DNA of 64,000 nucleotides from Candidatus Bathyarchaeia archaeon. Lineage in GTDB: Archaea; Thermoproteota; Bathyarchaeia; Bathyarchaeales; Bathycorpusculaceae. Below are positions 1 to 8,882 of the stretch, in pieces. The stretch is taken from NCBI GenBank assembly GCA_038883655.1, contig JAVZLQ010000001.1, positions 1 through 64,000 on the forward strand. The letters are read 5' to 3'. Position 1 is the first letter of the stretch, and each line of letters starts with the position of its first letter. The position numbers and the translations under genes are program-made. The notes under the pieces are model-generated. The model was not told the origin of the DNA. It saw nothing but the letters and a program-made list of their open reading frames with translations, and did not search any database.

Positions 1-291
1 CTTAACAAACCTATCAAGATAGTTAATCATATTCCTTGCATTAGCAGGCTCATAACGCTTAAACTCAACATACTGCAGAAACAACTCCCTCGTTTCAGGC
101 CAACTTAAAACAAAGCCTTCAAAGGAAACACCACCAGCAGCCAAAGAGCTTAAGGCTTCACAAGGCTTCTCCACACGCCTCACCAGCTCTCCAAGCCTAT
201 CTTCGCCTTCTATGCTTGAAGCTAAAGAACCCAAAGCCCTAGCTTGCACCTCAACCCGCCTTTTCAACTGTTCTATGCTGTCTCCGGCCAT
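1..291 (-). CDS. Probable tyrosine recombinase/integrase (SSV/pTN3-like), 5' part only, runs off the window edge
   Basis: Hand translation: MAGDSIEQLKRRVEVQ...FVLSWPETRELFLQYVEFKRYEPANARNMINYLDRFVK, open to position 1. GGGAGGG lies 7 nt upstream of the ATG. It sits directly downstream of tRNA-Glu and the frame stays open back to 459, through the tRNA. Catalytic residues are outside the window. Confidence 0.55.
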   Translation of the reverse strand, partial: MAGDSIEQLKRRVEVQARALGSLASSIEGEDRLGELVRRVEKPCEALSSLAAGGVSFEGFVLSWPETRELFLQYVEFKRYEPANARNMINYLDRFVK

Positions 292-313
292 AGGACGGCC
301 CTCCCAATGTATC

Positions 314-337
314 TGGGACGGTCCCAGGACGGTCCCA
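314..337. repeat. 11-bp tandem repeat GGACGGTCCCA x2, overlapping palindrome TGGGAC-G-GTCCCA
   Basis: Copies at 316-326 and 327-337; inverted repeat at 314-326; partial third copy GGACGGCCC at 293-301. Confidence 0.8.
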
Positions 338-399
338 AAAGCCAGAGGGCAAACAAGCCCGTTTCTGGCTTCTTTCTGCTGAAGCAGGCAGTTTTGGAG

Positions 400-474
400 T
401 GCTCCGGGCGGGATTTGAACCCGCGTCTCCGGCTCGAAAGGCCGGAATACTTGACCGGGCTATACTACCGGAGC
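400..474 (-). tRNA. tRNA-Glu(TTC)
   Basis: GCTCCGG acceptor stem, anticodon arm CCGGC-CTTTCGA-GCCGG, GGTTCAAATCC T-loop; CCA not encoded. Confidence 0.97.
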
Positions 475-524
475 ATGTTTGGCTAGTTTGGCATCATGCA
501 AATATTTTCTCTTTCGGATAAACC

Positions 525-1700
525 TTATTCTTTTAGTGCGGTTTTTATGCACTTTTCTAGCGGTGCTAGCGTTACATCTGCTTTGTTTAGTGTTGGTGCG
601 TAATGTGCCGTTTTTGCCGAGTTTGTCATTATTGTTTTTATTCCAAGCATATCCGTCCATGTTACAACTGCGCATGTGTCCGTGATTATGCGGCCTCCGC
701 GCATTTCTATTACGGTTGCGTATTTTCCAGCCTTTTCTTTTATGTGCTGTGATGTGCAAACCCAGAATTCGAGGTCGCTTCTAATTTTCTTGTTGCTGAT
801 GAGGTTCGCGACACGTTTAATTTCGGTGAGTGAGCAGTGAGGGCAGCCTATGAAAATTAAGTCTGGCTTTTTTGTTGATACGGTTGTTAATTTTTGGCTT
901 ACTTTTGCTAGTTCGTTTCTGTCCACGCTTACTTTTTCAAGCTTTTTTTTCAACATGTTTTCGTTGTAAAAGTGGAACATGTTAACCATTCCTGTTGATG
1001 CAAGGGCAGCGCCTAACTGTTTCAAATTGTCTTTTGAGGCGCCTTCTAAACCCTTTATTGCTGGAATTTTGTCTTCTAAAATTTCGCCTAGAAAAGTTCC
1101 TAGCGCGCCAAATTCAGTTTCATCCTTGAGTTGCGTGTTTAATGTTACTAGAACTTTTGGTTGGCGTTCTTCGGCTCTATGAATGCCGTAGTTCGGCGTC
1201 TTTCCTATTATGGCTGCGGCTAGAGCGCTTGGACCACCCTCACGGTTTGTCCACGCATTCAAGATGGAGTTTGCGTATACAACTGCTGAGGATTCGGACC
1301 ATGCCATATGCGTGTTGCGTTTCGGTCTTTCCAAATAATATGGTGTGCATGTCAGTGCGTTTGTAAATCCCATTTTTTCAAAGTTTTTCGTGATTGCCGA
1401 CTGTTTTTCAACGGTTTCTTTTGGAATTTTCGTAAGGATGTGTTTTTTGTCAATGCTATGAGGGTTCGTTGTTGCTTTCACTTTCGCCTTTACATCGGAT
1501 TCTGCCAATGCTTCTAAAAACTCGGACGATGCGTCTCCCAACGTTTTGTATGATACCCCTGAGACATGTGCTGAGTTTATCGGGATGAGTCTATCTGCGC
1601 CAAAAAGTTCGCCTAGGCGCACAAGGATTTTTATGCATACTTGGTTTGCCCAACCTAGTTCCCCATCATAAATATGTTCTTCCTCTTTTGTCAAGTACAT
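525..1700 (-). CDS. Aconitase X catalytic subunit (DUF521); probable phosphomevalonate dehydratase large subunit
   Basis: MYLTKEEE start, HVSGVSY, CTPY, WSESSA, GCPH and DTC Fe-S motifs; paired with DUF126. Confidence 0.88.
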   Translation of the reverse strand: MYLTKEEEHIYDGELGWANQVCIKILVRLGELFGADRLIPINSAHVSGVSYKTLGDASSEFLEALAESDVKAKVKATTNPHSIDKKHILTKIPKETVEKQSAITKNFEKMGFTNALTCTPYYLERPKRNTHMAWSESSAVVYANSILNAWTNREGGPSALAAAIIGKTPNYGIHRAEERQPKVLVTLNTQLKDETEFGALGTFLGEILEDKIPAIKGLEGASKDNLKQLGAALASTGMVNMFHFYNENMLKKKLEKVSVDRNELAKVSQKLTTVSTKKPDLIFIGCPHCSLTEIKRVANLISNKKIRSDLEFWVCTSQHIKEKAGKYATVIEMRGGRIITDTCAVVTWTDMLGIKTIMTNSAKTAHYAPTLNKADVTLAPLEKCIKTALKE

Positions 1701-2119
1701 TTGAGCCTGCTCACCTTTCTTTTTAGGATTTTTACAATACCTTCTGTGGCGTTGACTTCCAGCAAATCACCACTCCTTATTTTTGCTATATCGATTTTAT
1801 CAATCATTGGTATGTTCGCAATTATGGCTCCAACAACCACGACCGGGTCTGCGATTTGGTTTATTATTACTTTTGGCGCCATTTTTCGCTTTGCAAGAGC
1901 GTAGAGGACATAGCTGCCCACGGTTGAGCCGTGTCCATGCGGAAAACACAGTGCTTTATCCTTTATGCATTCACCGCATAAATCATGATTTTTCTCTATA
2001 ATTTTGCCGTCCGCTGGGTCAACTCCGCCAAGGAAGCTTATTGGCTTTTTCGACACTATTGCTTCTGCTTTACAATGTCCTTCAACAATTTTTCTGCCCT
2101 TCAATGTTATTGGTTGCAT
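1691..2119 (-). CDS. Aconitase X swivel subunit (DUF126); probable phosphomevalonate dehydratase small subunit
   Basis: ISFLGGVDP and GHGSTVGSY motifs; overlaps DUF521 gene; start moved to MQPITLK. Confidence 0.88.
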   Translation of the reverse strand: MQPITLKGRKIVEGHCKAEAIVSKKPISFLGGVDPADGKIIEKNHDLCGECIKDKALCFPHGHGSTVGSYVLYALAKRKMAPKVIINQIADPVVVVGAIIANIPMIDKIDIAKIRSGDLLEVNATEGIVKILKRKVSRLKCT

Positions 2120-2134
2120 GATACACACGCAACA

Positions 2135-3415
2135 TTAATATGATATTTTTGCGGTTGCGGGAATTTCACCCAAAATCTTGGTCGCAGCAACGCCCACTTT
2201 TTCTCTGTTTTTCTCATCTGTATAAACGCGGAGTATATTCATGAAGCCCTTTAAAACTTCAAAGATCTTTGATATTTCACTCAGTTTCTGTAGGATTTTT
2301 TCGCATCCTCTTGTTTTGTAGAAGATCGGAATTTCCATCGGCTCCATGAGTGCTGCATGGTGATATGGAACTGATGGAACTGTCGGGACATCTATTATCA
2401 CGGATTCTGCCTCAACTCCCGCCTCTTTTGCGATATCTTCTTGGAGTTGTTTTCTGTGGGATTCTTGGCGGAAAACGTTTGAAATCATAACGTCCTTTTC
2501 ATAGAAAGTTTTTTCGTATGCGCATTTCAGCATCTTTCGCCTTTCGAGGTTTTCGATTATGCCCTTTGATTTTTTGCAGTTTTTCAGTTTAGCCCAAACT
2601 GTGTAGTCGTCCATGGCTAGGTATTCTTCTGGAGTTTTAAAATTAGACAGTCCAAGTTCTTCATCGGCCTTTTCCATGGCGATTGCCAACATTATTTGTG
2701 CTGCTCTTCCAACGCGGTGGAAATAGATGCTTTTGAAAGATTCTATCCGTGCGATTATTAGGGACTCGAGTGCAGACAATGCTCCTAGGTCTACCGCCAA
2801 GTTTCCATTAACGACGTCTAGCGCATGTATTAAGCGGAAAATGTCGATGTAGCCATACTCGGCGCCAGTGTGATGCGTATCTCTAACTACAAAATCAAGT
2901 TTATCAACGTCTACGGCGCTGCTTATTATCTGGTCTAGGAAAGTTTTCTTTGGTTTGTGGAGAACGCCTGTCGCGAGGTCGCCAACATCCTTGGAGTCGT
3001 GCCCGTATTTGTTAAGCAAGTCTTTTAGCTCGCTGTTTGCTACAATCCACCTAGTTAAATCCTCGTGAGTTTTGCCTAATTTCTTGTCAAGCAAGTGCTC
3101 AAAAACATGCGAAAAGGGTCCATGTCCAACATCGTGTAACAAGGCTGCGATTCTAACCATTTCCGCCTCTTCTTCGCTTATTTTTTGGGCAATGTTTTGG
3201 TTTTCAACAACCTTTCCAGCAAGGTACATGACGCCGACTGAATGTTCAAAGCGTGTGTGGTTTGCTCCTGGATAAACGTATTCAGCGCCAGCGAGTTGGC
3301 GTAGCCTACGCATTCTCTGAACCGGGTAAGAATCTATTATTTCTTTTTCCGTTTCTGTTATGTAAACATAGCCGTGGACCGGATCCTTTATTTCGCCCCA
3401 ATAGTTTTTAGGCAT
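2135..3415 (-). CDS. HD-domain phosphohydrolase (dNTP triphosphohydrolase/SAMHD1-like)
   Basis: IKDPVHG, QRMRRLRQL, HTRFEHS, LLHDVGHGPFSH, DVDKLD; start moved to MPKNYWG. Confidence 0.9.
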   Translation of the reverse strand: MPKNYWGEIKDPVHGYVYITETEKEIIDSYPVQRMRRLRQLAGAEYVYPGANHTRFEHSVGVMYLAGKVVENQNIAQKISEEEAEMVRIAALLHDVGHGPFSHVFEHLLDKKLGKTHEDLTRWIVANSELKDLLNKYGHDSKDVGDLATGVLHKPKKTFLDQIISSAVDVDKLDFVVRDTHHTGAEYGYIDIFRLIHALDVVNGNLAVDLGALSALESLIIARIESFKSIYFHRVGRAAQIMLAIAMEKADEELGLSNFKTPEEYLAMDDYTVWAKLKNCKKSKGIIENLERRKMLKCAYEKTFYEKDVMISNVFRQESHRKQLQEDIAKEAGVEAESVIIDVPTVPSVPYHHAALMEPMEIPIFYKTRGCEKILQKLSEISKIFEVLKGFMNILRVYTDEKNREKVGVAATKILGEIPATAKISY

Positions 3416-3508
3416 TTTGGGTAATCCCCGCTCTCCTTTAGAGCAATTATTTAATGCAACTTCGCTCTTATAATGCCTAATGCTCTTGAATGTAAAAGGA
3501 ATGGTGAA

Positions 3509-4114
3509 ATGAAAGGCGTATTTATATGCGTTGAGGGCTTGGATGGCTGCGGAAAAACCACACAAGCGAAACTTCTTGTAAAAGCTTTAAGAAAGGCTGG
3601 GTATGATGCAGTTTATACCGCGGAGCCGAGCCGAGGCGAAATTGGAAAGTTTATTAAAAGATATTGTTTGCATGGAAGGCGAAGAGGCTCCATCGTTGTT
3701 GAGGCTTTACTTTTCGCCGCTGACCGTGTTGAACATCTTGAGCGCGAGGTTCTTCCAGCCCTAAAGAATGGAAAAGTGGTTGTTTCTGACCGCTATGTGT
3801 TTTCTTCTTTGGCTTATCAGGGTGCTTCTGGCTTAGATTTGAAGTGGATTGAAAAGGTGAATCAGCATGCGCTCATGCCGGACTTGGCACTTTTTATTGA
3901 TGTTGAACCTGAAGTGGCGATTAGGCGAGTTAAGCCCAAAAAGTCTGTTATGGAAGATCTGGAAACACAGAGGAAGGTGCGTGAGGTTTACATGAGATTT
4001 GTGGACGCGGGCAAACTTGTTCAGATAGATGGGAATAGGCCCAAGGCTGATGTTGCTAAAAATGTTCTAAGCGTCATTCTGGAGTTTTTAGAAAGAAGGT
4101 TTAAGGCTGTATAA
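3509..4114 (+). CDS. tmk: Thymidylate kinase
   Basis: EGLDGCGKTT P-loop, LLFAADR, DRYVFSSLAYQG; start moved to MKGVF. Confidence 0.95.
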   Translation: MKGVFICVEGLDGCGKTTQAKLLVKALRKAGYDAVYTAEPSRGEIGKFIKRYCLHGRRRGSIVVEALLFAADRVEHLEREVLPALKNGKVVVSDRYVFSSLAYQGASGLDLKWIEKVNQHALMPDLALFIDVEPEVAIRRVKPKKSVMEDLETQRKVREVYMRFVDAGKLVQIDGNRPKADVAKNVLSVILEFLERRFKAV

Positions 4115-4613
4115 GTGGCTTTAAAACTTTTCTGGAGAATTCTCCATTAATTCTATTTGCGATAAAGTTTATGATGTCGTTTGGCGCTACGTATCTTGGG
4201 CCCTTCTCGTGGAAAACCAGTGTTTCAAATATTTTTTTACCGAATAAAAAGCGAATCATGTAATAGTCAAATTTTAGCGGAGTCTTTCTTTCATTCTGCC
4301 ATTTATAATAGCGTACTGCACAGTACAGGTCGATGACTTGGAATAGCCTTCTGTTTATGGCTTTTAGCGCTTTTTCCGTTTCGGCGTTATCTAAATATGT
4401 GAAGCTGTTTGCCTCTGCAATTCCAAACTCAAAAAGCACGGTGCACTGCGGAATAGACGGGTCTGCTATCTCTTCCAGTCTTAAACTTTTCCCATTTATC
4501 TTGCTTAATGCGTGTATTAGTGTTTGTTGGAGCCTTTTGCTTGACAATGTTGTGGTGAAAGCTGCTGTTTCATGGACGTTTTCCGGAAAATTTTCGAAAA
4601 ATCCGAGAATCGT
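4101..4613 (-). CDS. Conserved hypothetical protein, start uncertain (TTG at 4547 or non-canonical near 4610-4613)
   Basis: 148-aa ORF. The frame extends upstream as (T)ILGFFENFPENVHETAAFTTT with a GAGGCGA SD-like motif and is co-directional with the UPF0148 gene. Confidence 0.6.
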   Translation of the reverse strand, partial: TILGFFENFPENVHETAAFTTTLSSKRLQQTLIHALSKINGKSLRLEEIADPSIPQCTVLFEFGIAEANSFTYLDNAETEKALKAINRRLFQVIDLYCAVRYYKWQNERKTPLKFDYYMIRFLFGKKIFETLVFHEKGPRYVAPNDIINFIANRINGEFSRKVLKPLIQP

Positions 4614-4629
4614 ATGTAACTCGCCTCTG

Positions 4630-4995
4630 CTAGATTTTTTTTGTTTTTCTCACTTTTTCAAGGTTCTCCAACAATTCAGTGAGGGTTTTGCTTAACTTTT
4701 GCAACTCGTCAACGTTCTCTTCATGCTGCATTTTATTCTGAATTTCCTGTACCTTCACCAAAAGTGTTGCTTCAAGCTTTTCTAAAACCATTGAACTTGT
4801 AACTTTTGCCGGTTCTTCCCCCTCCTTCACAACGATGACTTTTTTCTCGCATTTTGCACACCATAAATCACCGCTTCTTAGTTTGAAAAGTGGAGATGCA
4901 CATGCTGGGCATGCTAAATCGGTTAATGTTGAGCCTTGGCGAAGGAGATCCGCCATACGTTTTATGTGCACTTCTTCCCTGTTTTCGTGTGGCAA
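4630..4995 (-). CDS. UPF0148 / autoantigen p27-like Zn-ribbon protein
   Basis: MADLLRQGSTLTDLACPACASPLF...LWCAKC followed by a coiled coil. Confidence 0.85.
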   Translation of the reverse strand: MPHENREEVHIKRMADLLRQGSTLTDLACPACASPLFKLRSGDLWCAKCEKKVIVVKEGEEPAKVTSSMVLEKLEATLLVKVQEIQNKMQHEENVDELQKLSKTLTELLENLEKVRKTKKI

Positions 4996-5063
4996 GGTTT
5001 ATTGCCCCATTCATAGAATAGTGTAAAAGCTATTAATAACTTGGCTATTTTAGGGTTTAGAGG

Positions 5064-5351
5064 GTGGTGGCTTTGGTTCGAAAGAAAAAGTTGGAAGAAT
5101 ACGAGGAGAGAATTAAACAGGCGCTTGCTGTTCTCGGAGAAGTTTCAGAAGACAATACAACCCCAAGAAACATTAGAAGAGCTGCAAAAGACTCGATGAA
5201 CGCGTTGCAGACAACTGAATACTCGCCAGCCGTTAGAGCTTCAAACGCCATATCAATTATAGACGAGATTTTGCAAGACCCAAACATGCCCCCTTATACT
5301 AGAGTGAAACTTTGGAACGTCATGAGTCTTTTAGAAGCCATAAAAGACTAA
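5064..5351 (+). CDS. UPF0147 family protein
   Basis: DNTTPRNIRRAA and DPNMPPYTRVKLW signature. Confidence 0.9.
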   Translation: MVALVRKKKLEEYEERIKQALAVLGEVSEDNTTPRNIRRAAKDSMNALQTTEYSPAVRASNAISIIDEILQDPNMPPYTRVKLWNVMSLLEAIKD

Positions 5352-5460
5352 TTGGCGCATCCTAAGACCGTATTTTGTTCTTCGGTTATCTTGTACAGCA
5401 TGGATTAGCATAAATTATAAATGAATACTACTAAAATACAGCGATGAGAAGTGAAGGTGT

Positions 5461-5799
5461 ATGAAGATCTTCCATTATAAGGAAGTTAAAGTAGAAGAAG
5501 CCAGAGAAGAAGGGGCTTCAAAACTGAAGGTCCGTTGGCTAATCACAAAGAACATGGGTGCCCCAAACTTTGCCATGAGACTTTTCGAAATGGAACCTGG
5601 AGGGCACAGCCCGCTACACAGTCACCCGTGGGAACACGAAGTCTTCATATTGGAGGGCGAGGGCATTGTTGTTGGCACCGAAGGCGAAAAGAAGCTTAAA
5701 GCTGGCTACGTGGTTTTTGTTCCTCCAGGCGAGCGTCACCAGTTCAGAAACGACGGCGACAAAACGCTAAAGTTTCTTTGTTTAGTGCCAAATAAATAG
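5461..5799 (+). CDS. Cupin domain protein
   Basis: PLHSHPWEHEVFILEGEG and VPPGERHQFRN cupin motifs. Confidence 0.9.
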   Translation: MKIFHYKEVKVEEAREEGASKLKVRWLITKNMGAPNFAMRLFEMEPGGHSPLHSHPWEHEVFILEGEGIVVGTEGEKKLKAGYVVFVPPGERHQFRNDGDKTLKFLCLVPNK

Positions 5800-5838
5800 G
5801 AAATAATTCTCATCCAGTCATTGCGGAAGTTGAAAAAG

Positions 5839-6607
5839 ATGTCAGCTAAGAGAGGATGGAACGCTATTTCCAAGAGTTACCAGCAAAAGTCAAAAATCTC
5901 ACTTGAAGATGTTCATTACGGTCCGATTTCTCGGTTGTGGCGGGGGACAAAACGCAATAGTTCTTGCTAAATGGGGCGCCAAGTCTGTTGGTTTAGATGT
6001 TTCTGAAGAGCAGATAAAATACGCTATGAGACTTGCAAAGAAAGAGAATGTGAATGTTAAATTTTACATTGGCAGTATGGAGGATTTGAGCATGTTTCAA
6101 GGGGAAAGTTTTGACATCGTTCTTTCTTCTTTTGGGATAGGTTACGCAGAAAACCTCGCAAAGACCTTTCACGAGGTCTTCAGGGTGTTACGAAAAAGCG
6201 GGTTATTTGTGTTTGCTGATGTTCATCCAATAGCTAATAGAGGGCGAACCATACGTTATGGAAAGAGAAGAATATAGGGTTTAAGCAACTATTTCGATAG
6301 AAGAAAACGCTTATGGACTTGGAAAATTGAAGGGAAAGTAGCACAATTTCAAGGCTACCATCGAACCATTCAAGATTATTTCGATTTGCTTCTGACAGCG
6401 GGTTTCGTTATTGAAAAAATATTGGAACCAAAACCATGCCCGCTTGACAAAATGAGTGAAGTTGAAAAGAGGCGCATCCTGTATGTCTATGAAGATTTCG
6501 TGAAGAATTATGATTTGTGGAAAAGAATACCATATACAATAATCTTCAAAGCGCGAAAGCCCAGCAAGATAAATAGTGGACCACCATTTCGTACTTACAT
6601 TCTATGA
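5839..6607 (+). pseudogene. Class I SAM-dependent methyltransferase pseudogene
   Basis: MSAKRGWNAISKSYQ..VHYGPIS shifts frame at ~5930 into LGCGGGQN (motif I). An in-frame TAG at 6275-6277 is followed by an open frame GLSNYFD...YHRTIQDYFDLLLTAGF to 6607. Confidence 0.8.
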
Positions 6608-6707
6608 ATGCTAAATTAACCAAAACCAAAAATAACAGAAAGACAATTTCGCTAAAAATATATGCTGGTTGTTACATCTAGTTTTGGGTTTCAAGGTGAA
6701 CAACCAC

Positions 6708-8090
6708 TTGAAATACGACGTAATAATTGTCGGTGCAGGTCCAGCTGGGATTTTCTCCGCTTTAGAGCTTGTTGGAAAAAGCAACCTAAACATTTTGATG
6801 CTGGATAGGGGACCAGACATTAACAAGCGAAGATGTCCAGCAAGCCGTGGATTTGAATGTGTAAACTGCGAGCCATGCCTTCTACTTTCTGGGTGGGGTG
6901 GCGCTGGAGCCTTCAGTGATGGCAAACTAACACTGTCAACCGAAGTCGGCGGCTGGCTAAACCAGTACGTGTCAAACAAAGAGCTCGAAGAACTAGTGAA
7001 TTATGTGGATGAAATTTACCTGAAATTTGGCGCAACCGAAAATGTGTACGGAACAGATGTTGAAAAGGTGGACGAAATTGAGCGTAAAGCTTCTTTGGCT
7101 GGTCTAAAACTGATTCGCCAGAAAATAAGACACATGGGAACTGAACGCTGCGCCCAAACACTCGTGAAAATGCGTCAAGCGTTAAATGGCAAAGTCGAAT
7201 TTAAACCGCGAAGCGACGTGAAGGGGCTAATAGTTAAGGACGATGTTGTTGAGGGCGTAGAAACTGTTAACGGTGAAAAGTATTATGGCAAATACGTAAT
7301 TGTTGCGCCTGGACGCAGTGGCGCCGAGTGGCTCCAGTCCGAAGCCCAAGCTTTGGGACTGAAAACTTTAAACAACCCGGTGGACGTGGGCATAAGAGTC
7401 GAAGTTTTGGCTTCCGTAATGGAAGAATTGACAACCGCGCTTTACGAGCCAAAATTCATTTATTATTCTAAGTCTTTTGACGATCAAGTGCGCACATTTT
7501 GCGTTGCTCCGTATGGTGAAGTCATAACAGAATCTTACAACGGTGTCTTAACAGTCAATGGACAAAGCTATGCGGAACGCAAAACAGAAAACACAAACTT
7601 CGCCATACTTGTCAGTACATCATTCACAGAACCCTTCAAGGAACCAATAGCCTATGGAAAATACTTGGCGCGCCTATCAAACTTGCTCAGCGGAGGCGTA
7701 ATAATACAGCGTCTAGGCGATTTGGAATCTGGAAGAAGGTCAACGCCAGAAAGAATCGCGAGAAGCGTTGTCACTCCGACGTTAAGAAATGCTACACCAG
7801 GAGACCTAAGCTTTGTTTTGCCGTACCGCTACTTAGCCGACATAAGGGAGATGCTCCATGCACTGGACAAAATCACTCCGGGAATACACTCAAGAGATAC
7901 GCTTCTCTATGGAATTGAAGTAAAATTTTACTCTTCAAGACTTCAACTAAGCAACTGCCTAGAGACAAAAATCCGCAATTTATTTACAATTGGCGACGGA
8001 GCAGGGGTCACACGTGGGCTTGTTCAAGCGTCAGCGTCAGGCGTTATTGTAGCAAGGGAAATAATAAGAAGGGAAAAAGCAAAGGCGTAG
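6708..8090 (+). CDS. FAD-dependent oxidoreductase (uncharacterised, COG2509-like)
   Basis: DVIIVGAGPAG, GGAGAFSDGKL, VRTFC, IGDGAGVTRG; small Cys cluster (CPA..CVNCEPC). Confidence 0.85.
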   Translation: MKYDVIIVGAGPAGIFSALELVGKSNLNILMLDRGPDINKRRCPASRGFECVNCEPCLLLSGWGGAGAFSDGKLTLSTEVGGWLNQYVSNKELEELVNYVDEIYLKFGATENVYGTDVEKVDEIERKASLAGLKLIRQKIRHMGTERCAQTLVKMRQALNGKVEFKPRSDVKGLIVKDDVVEGVETVNGEKYYGKYVIVAPGRSGAEWLQSEAQALGLKTLNNPVDVGIRVEVLASVMEELTTALYEPKFIYYSKSFDDQVRTFCVAPYGEVITESYNGVLTVNGQSYAERKTENTNFAILVSTSFTEPFKEPIAYGKYLARLSNLLSGGVIIQRLGDLESGRRSTPERIARSVVTPTLRNATPGDLSFVLPYRYLADIREMLHALDKITPGIHSRDTLLYGIEVKFYSSRLQLSNCLETKIRNLFTIGDGAGVTRGLVQASASGVIVAREIIRREKAKA

Positions 8091-8093
8091 AAA

Positions 8094-8837
8094 ATGGCGA
8101 TAGTCGAAAAGATAAGCTGTCCACATTGCGGAGCACCGTTACCGTTTGAACCGGGTGAAATATTTGCTACATGCAGATACTGCGGCTTCACTGCTGTCAT
8201 AGAAACTGGAAAAGCCTTCATCTTTGAGCATTCCATGCTAACAAACAAGTTTGACCAAACGAAAATTGAGGAACCCGTAAGAGTTTGGATGAGCAGCGGT
8301 TTTCTAAAGCCCCCAGACCTGGCAAGAAAATCAAAAATAGTTGAAAAGAGCCTTACCTATCTACCCTTTTGGGTTATATCCGCCGAAGTTAAAACCATAT
8401 ATAAAGGGGTTTTTGAGCGTATAACTCCCGCCATAACTAAAGAGGGCGTAATAGAAAAGAAGTATAACTGGCTTGTTTTGGCTAGAAAGGCAACGGAATT
8501 TCCGACAAGAGAATACAATGTGCCGCTTGAGGGCAAGGTTCCATATGACTTCAGGAAAATTGAGGGATTCGCCAAGGTTCTTAACAGCGAAATGGACAAG
8601 GATGAGGCGGTGGAGTTAGCAAAGCAACAAATAGAGGAGCATCACCGTTACCTAATTCAACAAGATGTTGATAAGATCATTGAAATGAAGAGCGAAGTAA
8701 AAGTAAACCAGACAGTTTACTTGCACGCGCCCGTGTGGCTCATAAAATATGAGTATAAAGCCAAAATTTACCAGTTACTCATAGACGGTGCAAGTGGCAT
8801 GGTGATAAAGGGCGACATTCCACTAGCCAAACTTTAA
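8094..8837 (+). CDS. Zn-ribbon-containing hypothetical protein
   Basis: CPHCGAPL..TCRYCG, YLPFW, PVW..Y, IDGASG motifs. Confidence 0.7.
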   Translation: MAIVEKISCPHCGAPLPFEPGEIFATCRYCGFTAVIETGKAFIFEHSMLTNKFDQTKIEEPVRVWMSSGFLKPPDLARKSKIVEKSLTYLPFWVISAEVKTIYKGVFERITPAITKEGVIEKKYNWLVLARKATEFPTREYNVPLEGKVPYDFRKIEGFAKVLNSEMDKDEAVELAKQQIEEHHRYLIQQDVDKIIEMKSEVKVNQTVYLHAPVWLIKYEYKAKIYQLLIDGASGMVIKGDIPLAKL

Positions 8838-8882
8838 ACGAACAGCAACCCCTCTAAACATTTTTATTCAATCTCTAAATTA

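Noticed and set aside
244-759. Short ORFs 244-486, 460-759 and 479-685
   Set aside because: They overlap tRNA-Glu and the aconitase X gene and are shadow frames
6275-6277. In-frame TAG as pyrrolysine or genetic-code recoding
   Set aside because: The same gene has a frameshift, many intact genes end in TAG, and no pyl genes are visible
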